Below the pieces are notes generated by a model that was not told the origin of the DNA, ran no database searches, and saw only the letters and a list, made by a program, of their open reading frames with translations. Made by a program: the position numbers and the translations under genes. From an uncultured virus (IMG/VR IMGVR_UViG_3300038853_000032) (lineage: Duplodnaviria > Heunggongvirae > Uroviricota > Caudoviricetes), in the IMG/VR virus record IMGVR_UViG_3300038853_000032: a stretch of 56,808 nucleotides of DNA, one strand, 5' to 3'. This document shows, one piece after another, positions 36,462-43,733 of this stretch. The number at the start of each line of letters is the position of its first letter. Within the stretch, counting starts at the first letter, position 1.

Positions 36462-37340
36462 TTAGTGAACAGTTGCACCGTTATAAAATTCGTATGCCCT
36501 CAATAACCGTGTTATTCCAATTCCTCCTCCCACTCTAGGAATGAAATCATGATTCAAAAACTCATTCAATTCTTTCTCTACGCGTTCTTTGCTGAATTGG
36601 TTAAACAATAATTCTGCGTATTTTCCATCACTTATTGTATGAAACATATGACGCATTTCTTCAGTATCACTACTACGCTCTGCTGACCCTATTGTTTCTT
36701 GTCCAGCTATAATCACGTCTATCTTAGCAGCAGTTCCATTACCGTTTTGTTTCATATTCCAAAAAGGACTAGTATAATTAGGAAAGTTTTTTATCATACA
36801 TACTTTACCTTTCCACTTATCATGCATCGATTCTTCCTCAGCATTAGTAAGTTCTTTTACACCAAACTCATCTGTCCAATCTTCATAATCTTTAGAAATT
36901 ATTTCATTTTGAGTACTAAAATTTAAATAATCTACTAACTCTTTTTCCATAATTTCAAGTTCTACAAACGTACCGGGAAACTCAAATTCAAACATAGGAA
37001 ATATAAGTTCATGTCTTCCTTCTACTGGATTTGGTTCTTGTCTGTATGACGTAGAGATACAAAAAAACCCCTTCGAAGAGGGGCGGGTAAGTAATTCATA
37101 TTCTAACCACATCTGGCCAGTTTGCGGAAGAGGCCAAATATTGCCTGCGTAATTATAAGTGCTGACGGTAGAAGGGTCTTCACAAGCCGCCAATATACTT
37201 AATCTATTCTGGGTATGAACTTCGTGAAAACCTTTGTCCAAAAAAAATGACCTCAATAGGCCATTAATTAACGTAAAACGTTCGGGGTTAATTAGTTGTG
37301 TCATAATCTTTCCTTCCAAATTTAAAGTTTGCTTTTGCAT
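36462..37340 (-). CDS. class IIb aaRS catalytic-core protein (AsnRS-like / asparagine synthetase AS-AR-like) with no anticodon-binding domain
   Basis: Motif 1 region 'LRSFFLDKGFHEV', 'QTGQMWLE', motif 2 'SYRQE....GRH...F.MFEFE', 'PFWNMK', 'ETIGSAER', motif 3 'GGGIGITRL'; alternative start ATG 37304. Confidence 0.88.
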   Translation of the reverse strand: MQKQTLNLEGKIMTQLINPERFTLINGLLRSFFLDKGFHEVHTQNRLSILAACEDPSTVSTYNYAGNIWPLPQTGQMWLEYELLTRPSSKGFFCISTSYRQEPNPVEGRHELIFPMFEFEFPGTFVELEIMEKELVDYLNFSTQNEIISKDYEDWTDEFGVKELTNAEEESMHDKWKGKVCMIKNFPNYTSPFWNMKQNGNGTAAKIDVIIAGQETIGSAERSSDTEEMRHMFHTISDGKYAELLFNQFSKERVEKELNEFLNHDFIPRVGGGIGITRLLRAYEFYNGATVH

Positions 37341-37741
37341 TATTTTGCTACTTTCTCAACTGCTGCTCTTTCTCGTTTTTCCATTCCCCGAGTCCATGCG
37401 CTAGCCCCTAAAATCGCTCCAAAAGCAATATGAAATAAACCGCCCCCTTGCAAAGTTAAACTCTCCCAAGAGCGCGGAGTAGTTAAAGTATTTAAAGCTT
37501 GAGCTTGTTGATCTGAAGGCATTTGTAAAATATAAGTAAAGATTTCAGATAAACTTGTCATCTCGACCTGAATAAACCAAGGCGCAATAACAAAATCAAA
37601 TAAACATATAAAAAGATATATAAGTGCAGCACACGGTCGCCACATAGAACGAACCCATTTAGCCACAGGCCCTTGAGCGTCATGATTACCATTAACAGGA
37701 CTTACTTGGAGCTGATAGCTAGTTGTAACCTCTTCAGCCAT
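37340..37741 (-). CDS. holin (3TM / GTA-holin-like)
   Basis: 'WRPCAALIYLFICLFDFVIAP', 'FHIAFGAILGASAWTRGMEK'. Confidence 0.7.
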   Translation of the reverse strand: MAEEVTTSYQLQVSPVNGNHDAQGPVAKWVRSMWRPCAALIYLFICLFDFVIAPWFIQVEMTSLSEIFTYILQMPSDQQAQALNTLTTPRSWESLTLQGGGLFHIAFGAILGASAWTRGMEKRERAAVEKVAK

Positions 37742-38169
37742 TACTTTACCTTTCCTCGCTTAAGTAACCACTCTCTATTAGCAAGATGTTCTGTCCTAAT
37801 TAAATCTTTATTTTGTCCAAAATATCGTACTCCATAATGTTCGGTAATTAAATATTCTACTAAACTAAAAGGTGCTTTAGTACCTTTATAAATCATTTCA
37901 AAGTCGCCCAATATTCGTCCAAATTTTCCTTTTTCATCTTTAAAAGTAACTAAAATACACGAATCATAGTTTAAAAGTTCCTTTACTTTCGCTTTTGCTA
38001 TTAATCCAAACTTTTTTTCTTCTAAATCGCGAGTACGAGATTCGGGCGTATCAATACCCGCTAAACGAATTCTTTCTTTTTTTAACCAAACACCAAAACC
38101 TAAATCAATGTCAACGTCAACAGTGTCACCATCTATTACTTTAACCAAGTTAAACCTATATCTATACAT
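37741..38169 (-). CDS. thermonuclease (SNase-like)
   Basis: 'KVIDGDTV', 'IRLAGIDTPE', 'GKFGRILG'. Confidence 0.9.
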   Translation of the reverse strand: MYRYRFNLVKVIDGDTVDVDIDLGFGVWLKKERIRLAGIDTPESRTRDLEEKKFGLIAKAKVKELLNYDSCILVTFKDEKGKFGRILGDFEMIYKGTKAPFSLVEYLITEHYGVRYFGQNKDLIRTEHLANREWLLKRGKVK

Positions 38170-38603
38170 TATTTGTTTTCCATTTTATCTATGCGTTTCT
38201 TGTTTTCGTTAATCCATTTAGTTTGACCTTTATCAATTAAATCTTGAAGCTTTTTAGCTTTTTCACTTTCCGAATCTATATGCAAATCAGAATTAATAAT
38301 TTTTTCTAGCTTCAAATACGGTATTCTTTCGTTAGGAACATAACGCCAAACATATCCTCTACTGTTCATGATACCAAAAACAGTTGCAGCAGTCCCAATC
38401 TTAACAATATTGGCAAACTCCCCATCAAGATAGACGTCATCACCTTCTTGAAAAGCAGGATTAATCCTAAATTTTAATCCTTGCATAAATTTAGTTGCAA
38501 AATCTTTCAACCATAGAGCACCAATTAAAGAAATTAAAACTGTTAACCACGGCATTAATAAATTTGTTAATTTTATGCTTTCACTAGTTAACAACTCGTT
38601 CAT
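38169..38603 (-). CDS. membrane protein with MscS-like TM3/beta domain
   Basis: 'LKDFATKFMQGL.....FQEGDDVYLDG....IVKIG...T........RYVPN'. Confidence 0.6.
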   Translation of the reverse strand: MNELLTSESIKLTNLLMPWLTVLISLIGALWLKDFATKFMQGLKFRINPAFQEGDDVYLDGEFANIVKIGTAATVFGIMNSRGYVWRYVPNERIPYLKLEKIINSDLHIDSESEKAKKLQDLIDKGQTKWINENKKRIDKMENK

Positions 38604-38920
38604 TCTTTCACCCGTTTATCTAACTCATCAAGTTTTATTTCCAATTCTGCTATTCTTTTTTCACGTTCTTTTCTTACTAACCTGTCTAATTCATCCAATT
38701 TTGCTTCTGATTCTGTTAACCTCTTTTTTAGATGAGGAAACTTTTTAAGTCTTTTTTCTTCGTCCGTCAACATCTTTAACCCATACCGGTGATTAGCCCA
38801 GGTATAGAATTGATCCATTTTTTTATAAAACCAAATTCCTAACTTTGTTTCTCTAAACCATGAATCAGTAGCTCCTCCTATAATAGAACCTGCGATGGCA
38901 GAAAGTAACCAAAACCACAT
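38600..38920 (-). CDS. membrane-anchored coiled-coil protein
   Basis: Hydrophobic N-terminus; duplicated 'KR..E.E.KLDELD..V' segment. Confidence 0.65.
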   Translation of the reverse strand: MWFWLLSAIAGSIIGGATDSWFRETKLGIWFYKKMDQFYTWANHRYGLKMLTDEEKRLKKFPHLKKRLTESEAKLDELDRLVRKEREKRIAELEIKLDELDKRVKE

Positions 38921-39690
38921 TATTTAGAAATCCTTTCTAACTTTTGATAATAAAGCGTAACGCTATGGTCAAAAATACCGTCAAATAACTGAAACTTACT
39001 TAACGCTCTTACTCTGCCTCTAAACTGGTCTTTAATCTTTTGCCAAGGAGTTAAAGGTCTAATATTACCATAATAATTAATATAATTTAAATCTCCAGAA
39101 TGACGAAATCCTAAAAACCAAAAAGGAACCTTTGTAACAGCATCGTTATTATTAACAAATCTATGATGTTCAAAAGTACAACTTTCTATAAACTTTTTAT
39201 TACCTACCCTGGGACATCCAAAAGTGTAAACCGTTGGAACACAGGTTCCTTTATTAAGTCGAGAAGCTGCAAGAGTAGCCATTGCGGCACCAAGACTGTG
39301 CCCAGTTACATACAGTCTTCTATCTTTAAAAATAGGCCAACACTCTTTTATATCAGACCAAATCTTATTTAACTCTTTCTTAAACCCATAATGTACTCTA
39401 CCATCAACCTGAGACTCAGTTTTCCATACTTTCATATCCGCAAAAACATCACTTAATTGTGTCGGCTCAGTTCCTCTAAAAGCTATCACATACACCTGTT
39501 TATTCCAAAAAGCATATGCCTGAGCACCGTCATTGTTAAATACCTGATAATCAGTGTATTTAATTACCGCATTATCACCTTTCCAATCTGTATAAGTATA
39601 TTCAGATTCTTCAACGTATTTTTTAATTTCATCTTCGTCTTTGTAAGCTAACATAGACAAATACGCAAAATGATTCGATGATATTCCCAT
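38920..39690 (-). CDS. class 3 lipase
   Basis: 'IAFRGTE', 'VHYGF', GHSLG, 'TFGCPRVGN', 'RFVNNNDAVTKVP', 'DH'. Confidence 0.92.
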   Translation of the reverse strand: MGISSNHFAYLSMLAYKDEDEIKKYVEESEYTYTDWKGDNAVIKYTDYQVFNNDGAQAYAFWNKQVYVIAFRGTEPTQLSDVFADMKVWKTESQVDGRVHYGFKKELNKIWSDIKECWPIFKDRRLYVTGHSLGAAMATLAASRLNKGTCVPTVYTFGCPRVGNKKFIESCTFEHHRFVNNNDAVTKVPFWFLGFRHSGDLNYINYYGNIRPLTPWQKIKDQFRGRVRALSKFQLFDGIFDHSVTLYYQKLERISK

Positions 39691-39706
39691 TCTATTTATC
39701 CTTTAC

Positions 39707-39741
39707 AAAAAATAAGCTCCTATAACTTTTAAGGAGCTTAT
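39707..39741 (-). terminator. intrinsic terminator closing the basic-protein cluster
   Basis: ATAAGCTCCT...AGGAGCTTAT stem followed by a T run on the - strand. Confidence 0.7.
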
Positions 39742-39759
39742 GTAGGTAAATATAACAAA

Positions 39760-39921
39760 TTATTTCTTCTTACGGATATAATTTCTTTTTCTTTTTTTTC
39801 TTGGTTTTGGAGCATTAGCAACTCCAAAGCTCCACCCCGCTGAAATCGTATTTTGTTTGCGTAATTTTTTTAATTTACTTGGTTTTTGACTTCTCTGAAA
39901 AAATTCAGAAACAATACTCAT
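39760..39921 (-). CDS. small very basic protein (53 aa, not in ORF track)
   Basis: MSIVSEFFQRSQKPSKLKKLRKQNTISAGWSFGVANAPKPRKKRKRNYIRKKK; TAATG-coupled. Confidence 0.65.
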   Translation of the reverse strand: MSIVSEFFQRSQKPSKLKKLRKQNTISAGWSFGVANAPKPRKKRKRNYIRKKK

Positions 39922-40196
39922 TATAATAACTTGTTAGATTGTTTATTTCGATTTAGTTTTACTAAATCCTTTACATGAGGAGATCCTTTATAATCCCCTT
40001 TTTTAAGTGTTTCATAGTAGCAACTCTGTTTTTCGTATTGCCTAGTTAGCTGCTGCTTTTGGCTTAAAGATAAAGAATTTTCAGTAAAACCTTGAACTTC
40101 ACCGCCAATACGAACAACGTTGCCTCCCCTCATTTTTTCTTGTTGATCTAATCTCTGCCATAGAGGAGGACGAGATTTTGTAGTGCGATCAACCAT
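39921..40196 (-). CDS. small basic protein
   Basis: Shares 'G.V..IG...QGF.E..L' with 40198-40554. Confidence 0.7.
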   Translation of the reverse strand: MVDRTTKSRPPLWQRLDQQEKMRGGNVVRIGGEVQGFTENSLSLSQKQQLTRQYEKQSCYYETLKKGDYKGSPHVKDLVKLNRNKQSNKLL

Positions 40197-40197
40197 T

Positions 40198-40554
40198 TTA
40201 GTAGGTAGTTCCGGTGGATTTACTCTTACGTGGACCTAATTTTCCTGAAGGGGAACTTACAGCTTTTCCGCTGGCGGATGTAAAATGAGCAACAGGATCA
40301 GCTTGTTCATTAACTCGCGCCCTGTTTGCTTCACGTGACAACTCTTCGTACTGAAAACGCGCCATCTTGCGAGAATCACTAAAAGTCGTCAAAGCATCTT
40401 CTACAAAGCCTTGAGCAATAGAACCAATTTTCATAATAACGCCGTCCCCACGCGCTTTCTTTAGCTGAGCCGCTCGTTGCTTATCAGTTAGATGAGCTGG
40501 CCCTGCATAGCGGTGAGGAGTAAAGCGTTGATGTTGAAAAATCCAACCAGCCAT
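40198..40554 (-). CDS. small basic protein
   Basis: K/R-rich; paralogous core with 39921-40196. Confidence 0.7.
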   Translation of the reverse strand: MAGWIFQHQRFTPHRYAGPAHLTDKQRAAQLKKARGDGVIMKIGSIAQGFVEDALTTFSDSRKMARFQYEELSREANRARVNEQADPVAHFTSASGKAVSSPSGKLGPRKSKSTGTTY

Positions 40555-40862
40555 TAACTCATTGACCCCTTAGCTGTAGTACCAGCCCAAGGATGTGAAC
40601 CAGAAAGTTTCTTCGCTTTCGTTGGCCCCTTGGAAACACCGTCAATTGGTTGCAATGCCGGTCCCCAAACTTTCGGGCCATCATTAATAAGACCAGGTGC
40701 TGGTTTTAGCAACTTATTAGAATTAATCGGATGAGTCCCACCACGAGGTCCTTTTGAAGTTCCTCCTGCGGGAGTCTGATCATACTCACCCATTAGGTCT
40801 GTTCCCTTTCCAGGAACTGTAAGAATACGCCGTGAAGGTGCATCTACTCCTTTTTTCGCCAT
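40554..40862 (-). CDS. small basic G/K/P-rich protein
   Basis: AAGGAG RBS, own promoter. Confidence 0.75.
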   Translation of the reverse strand: MAKKGVDAPSRRILTVPGKGTDLMGEYDQTPAGGTSKGPRGGTHPINSNKLLKPAPGLINDGPKVWGPALQPIDGVSKGPTKAKKLSGSHPWAGTTAKGSMS

Positions 40863-40910
40863 TTACTTTCTCCTTTAAAGAGGTATAAAAATAACCTCAT
40901 TAATACATTA

Positions 40911-40939
40911 ATATTACAGTGATTTTAATGAGTTGTCAA
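40911..40939 (-). promoter_or_regulatory. sigma70-type promoter
   Basis: TTGACA-17-TAATAT with AT-rich upstream element. Confidence 0.7.
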
Positions 40940-40963
40940 AATTTAAATTTTTCATCTTGCGAA

Positions 40964-41233
40964 TTAACGCCTCTTTCGTTTTATTTCTGCAATTCGTTTT
41001 AAATCAGTAGTCCCATAAAGCATTTTATAAGCTCGATCTTTAATTTTCTTGCGATCTGCAGCCGAAAGACCTTTTGCTTGCGGCAATCGCGCTAAAGCAT
41101 TGCGAGCATGGGCCTTATCAGGCATTGGAAAACGATAACGAGTTCTTCCTCCACGAGGTCCTTTTATCTTTTGAACAATCGTAGCAGTCGCTTTTCTACT
41201 CTTAGTGGATATCGTTTTTTGCTTTTCTGGCAT
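40964..41233 (-). CDS. basic protein with DUF6582-like motif
   Basis: 'RFPMPDKAHARNALARLPQ..GLS......I..RA'. Confidence 0.7.
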   Translation of the reverse strand: MPEKQKTISTKSRKATATIVQKIKGPRGGRTRYRFPMPDKAHARNALARLPQAKGLSAADRKKIKDRAYKMLYGTTDLKRIAEIKRKRR

Positions 41234-41431
41234 TTACTTACCCTTTTTCTTCTTAAACCCATATGAACCTTTAGGTTTACGAGTTCCTTTTGCAATATCA
41301 CGACGACCCTTAAGGCTTATTTTCTTACCGGATTCCTTACCACGTTTTGCAGCAAGCTGCTCGTCTTTACGATCATTATAACCTTGTTTATAACCAGCCT
41401 TATAATCTGCTGACTTTGTATTATGCGCCAT
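41234..41431 (-). CDS. small very basic protein
   Basis: AAGGAG RBS; K/R/G-rich. Confidence 0.7.
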   Translation of the reverse strand: MAHNTKSADYKAGYKQGYNDRKDEQLAAKRGKESGKKISLKGRRDIAKGTRKPKGSYGFKKKKGK

Positions 41432-41442
41432 TATTTTCTCCT

Positions 41443-41928
41443 TTATGAATATTCAACAGATAACTGGCCTTTAGCACCCTGTTGAGTAGCAGTATCTGTA
41501 CCATAAATATGAATAGTTACAGCAGTAGGACCTTCACTGTTCGTAAAAATAGTCCAAGGAACAGTTTGATTAGTTTTAACTTCTTTAGTTATATCATGAT
41601 TATCCCAATCGGTTTGGACTCTAATTTTCCAGGTTGAATCTTCTAAAGCATTTCCTATCTTAAACGTACACTTATAAGTGTAGCCCGCAGTATAAGGTGA
41701 TTGCCAAATCCTCTCCCAAACCATATCTACATCATTACTTAGTTCAAAAGGAGTATCCACCGTATCTTTTGTTATTTCTCCTGTTACCACTTCTCCCGTA
41801 AAAATTTCTACTTTCGGCCCCAAATCAACCACTTTCTTTACAACTTTTGGTTTTACAACCCGTTTTACTGCTGACTGTTTTACAGGTCTTTTTACAGATG
41901 GTTTCTTTCCAACTATTCCTCTAGCCAT
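41443..41928 (-). CDS. protein with K/V/P-rich histone-H1-like N-tail and a beta-rich C-domain
   Basis: 'KKPSVKRPVKQSAVKRVVKPKVVKKVV'; AAGGAG RBS. Confidence 0.7.
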   Translation of the reverse strand: MARGIVGKKPSVKRPVKQSAVKRVVKPKVVKKVVDLGPKVEIFTGEVVTGEITKDTVDTPFELSNDVDMVWERIWQSPYTAGYTYKCTFKIGNALEDSTWKIRVQTDWDNHDITKEVKTNQTVPWTIFTNSEGPTAVTIHIYGTDTATQQGAKGQLSVEYS

Positions 41929-41971
41929 AATTACTCCTTTTTATTACCTTCTCCTCGATACGTTATAGGCA

Positions 41972-42121
41972 TTACTTCTTTTTCTTAGGCCCAGGTTTTT
42001 TCTTCTTACCCGCCATGTCTAAAGCAATAGCAGTAGCCTGTTTTATAGTATACCCTTCTTTCCGTAACTTTTTAATATTACTATAAATAACAGCTTGACC
42101 TTTTCCCTTTTTAAGCGGCAT
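41972..42121 (-). CDS. small basic MPLKKG-family protein (49 aa, not in ORF track)
   Basis: MPLKKGKGQAVIYSNIKKLRKEGYTIKQATAIALDMAGKKKKPGPKKKK. Confidence 0.75.
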   Translation of the reverse strand: MPLKKGKGQAVIYSNIKKLRKEGYTIKQATAIALDMAGKKKKPGPKKKK

Positions 42122-42280
42122 TTATACTTTCCTTTTTTTCTTTCTTTTTTTAGGCTTTTTCGCTCTCCACGCGGTATCAAGAGCAATCGCAATAGCTTGC
42201 CGCTGTGAATAACCCTCTTCTTTTAATTTTTTAATATTACCAGATATTACTTTTTTATTCTTTCCTTTTTTAAGGGGCAT
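42122..42280 (-). CDS. small basic MPLKKG-family protein, tandem paralog (52 aa, not in ORF track)
   Basis: MPLKKGKNKKVISGNIKKLKEEGYSQRQAIAIALDTAWRAKKPKKRKKKRKV. Confidence 0.75.
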   Translation of the reverse strand: MPLKKGKNKKVISGNIKKLKEEGYSQRQAIAIALDTAWRAKKPKKRKKKRKV

Positions 42281-42284
42281 CCCC

Positions 42285-42398
42285 CTAATCCTTTATTACT
42301 GTACACTCGCAGCAACCACTATCTGGTATGCACGAAGTGCATTCACACGGATCACAAGAACACTCAGGAGTAGAACAAGTCATAGAATTTCCAGACAT
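42285..42398 (-). CDS. metallothionein-like Cys-rich peptide (37 aa, not in ORF track)
   Basis: MSGNSMTCSTPECSCDPCECTSCIPDSGCCECTVIKD (9 Cys); AGGAGGTG RBS; first gene after a promoter. Confidence 0.7.
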   Translation of the reverse strand: MSGNSMTCSTPECSCDPCECTSCIPDSGCCECTVIKD

Positions 42399-42422
42399 CA
42401 AAACACCTCCTATTCTTATTAA

Positions 42423-42451
42423 ATTATACTCTATTTTTTTACAATAGGCAA
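42423..42451 (-). promoter_or_regulatory. sigma70-type promoter
   Basis: TTGCCT-17-TATAAT. Confidence 0.75.
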
Positions 42452-42466
42452 TCTTAAATTTTTAAA

Positions 42467-43717
42467 TTATAACTTCCCAACCACTGAATTAATTTTTTTA
42501 ATTCCTAATTCATCCGAAGACTCCAACGCTCTGCCAACAACAGCAAAAATATTCTTAGTTTCTGCAGCAATAGCAATACCTGGTTGAGAACTTGCCACCA
42601 ATCTTTGGCCCTTTATTACCTTTCCTACTACCTTTACAGGAACTTTTCCAGCCAAAGCTACATAAGGATGTGTTTCATCAGTACCCCCCAAGGAATTCAT
42701 TCCATACGCTGGACTCGCAGAAATTACTCCAAACACTTCTGGAGTACTCTCTTTGTCGGTTTTAGTAATTTCTTTTTCTCCTCCTAACATTACTACATCT
42801 CCTGCTTCTAATAACGAATCGGCTTCAAAACGTTCTGCCAAGTCAGCGTAAAGAGCGCTAGTAGCAGTTCCATAAAAATTAACCGCATGTATACCACGCC
42901 ACTTATGAACCAACCCACCCAGATCTTGAGCATTATTAGAAGTGGGATAAATACCGCCTGTATTAGCTAAAGCCCTCTGAACTCCTGCTGTAGCAATTCC
43001 TATAGAATCAGCAGCATTACTAAATAACCCAGTGTTAGGATCGTTATCAAAAGTGTAGCTTGGCTTAGCAGCCGTTCCTACGTGCGCCCGTATAGGTTGT
43101 ACAAATGCTCCACCTATATATACATCATTTATTTGGTTTGCAACGTTACCTATATTTTGAACAAGATTTCCTTTAACAAAAATATTTGCCATAGTAGTAT
43201 TTTGATAAATTGGAACTGGGTCATCCCAATTTAATTTTGCTACTCCAATAGAAGCGTCAGGAGGAATACTAACATCAGCAATTCCATTAACAGCATTAGC
43301 TGTTCTTAAATACAAACGATTATTCGCTGATCCGGCAGAATTACCCACAGTACAAATTAACTCACCAACTTCAATAGCAGAAAACTTAGCATGACCAGTA
43401 CCCGCAAGAGTAGCGGCTACAGCTAGAGTAGAAACTATTCTGGTTCCTATCCCCACCCGAGTAAAATTTCCAGTTACATGCCCGCTTTGCCCTTTAAAAG
43501 CATTAGAATCTCTAATAAAAACTACTCCATTAGCAGAGTCGCGATACCACATTCCATTAACCAACCCGGTGGTTCCTTCTCGGTTAACGTCTGCCGCCAC
43601 AGGTAAAGAAGTTCCATAGTAACTTTGTATAAGCGCTGTTAAACTACTGTTATAGTTGCTTCGTGAAACAGCTAAGGTTTGTGAAGCTGGGGGTAAAATA
43701 AAGTCAAAAGTTGACAT
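42467..43717 (-). CDS. tail fibre/spike with C-terminal autocleaving intramolecular chaperone (peptidase G2-like)
   Basis: 'GTAAKPSYTF..D.NTGLF....DSIGIATAG' fibre repeat; 'YADLAERFEAD...GDVV', 'VALAGKVPVKV.G....G.RLV.S..PG'. Confidence 0.8.
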   Translation of the reverse strand: MSTFDFILPPASQTLAVSRSNYNSSLTALIQSYYGTSLPVAADVNREGTTGLVNGMWYRDSANGVVFIRDSNAFKGQSGHVTGNFTRVGIGTRIVSTLAVAATLAGTGHAKFSAIEVGELICTVGNSAGSANNRLYLRTANAVNGIADVSIPPDASIGVAKLNWDDPVPIYQNTTMANIFVKGNLVQNIGNVANQINDVYIGGAFVQPIRAHVGTAAKPSYTFDNDPNTGLFSNAADSIGIATAGVQRALANTGGIYPTSNNAQDLGGLVHKWRGIHAVNFYGTATSALYADLAERFEADSLLEAGDVVMLGGEKEITKTDKESTPEVFGVISASPAYGMNSLGGTDETHPYVALAGKVPVKVVGKVIKGQRLVASSQPGIAIAAETKNIFAVVGRALESSDELGIKKINSVVGKL

Positions 43718-43733
43718 TTTTTATATTCTCCTT

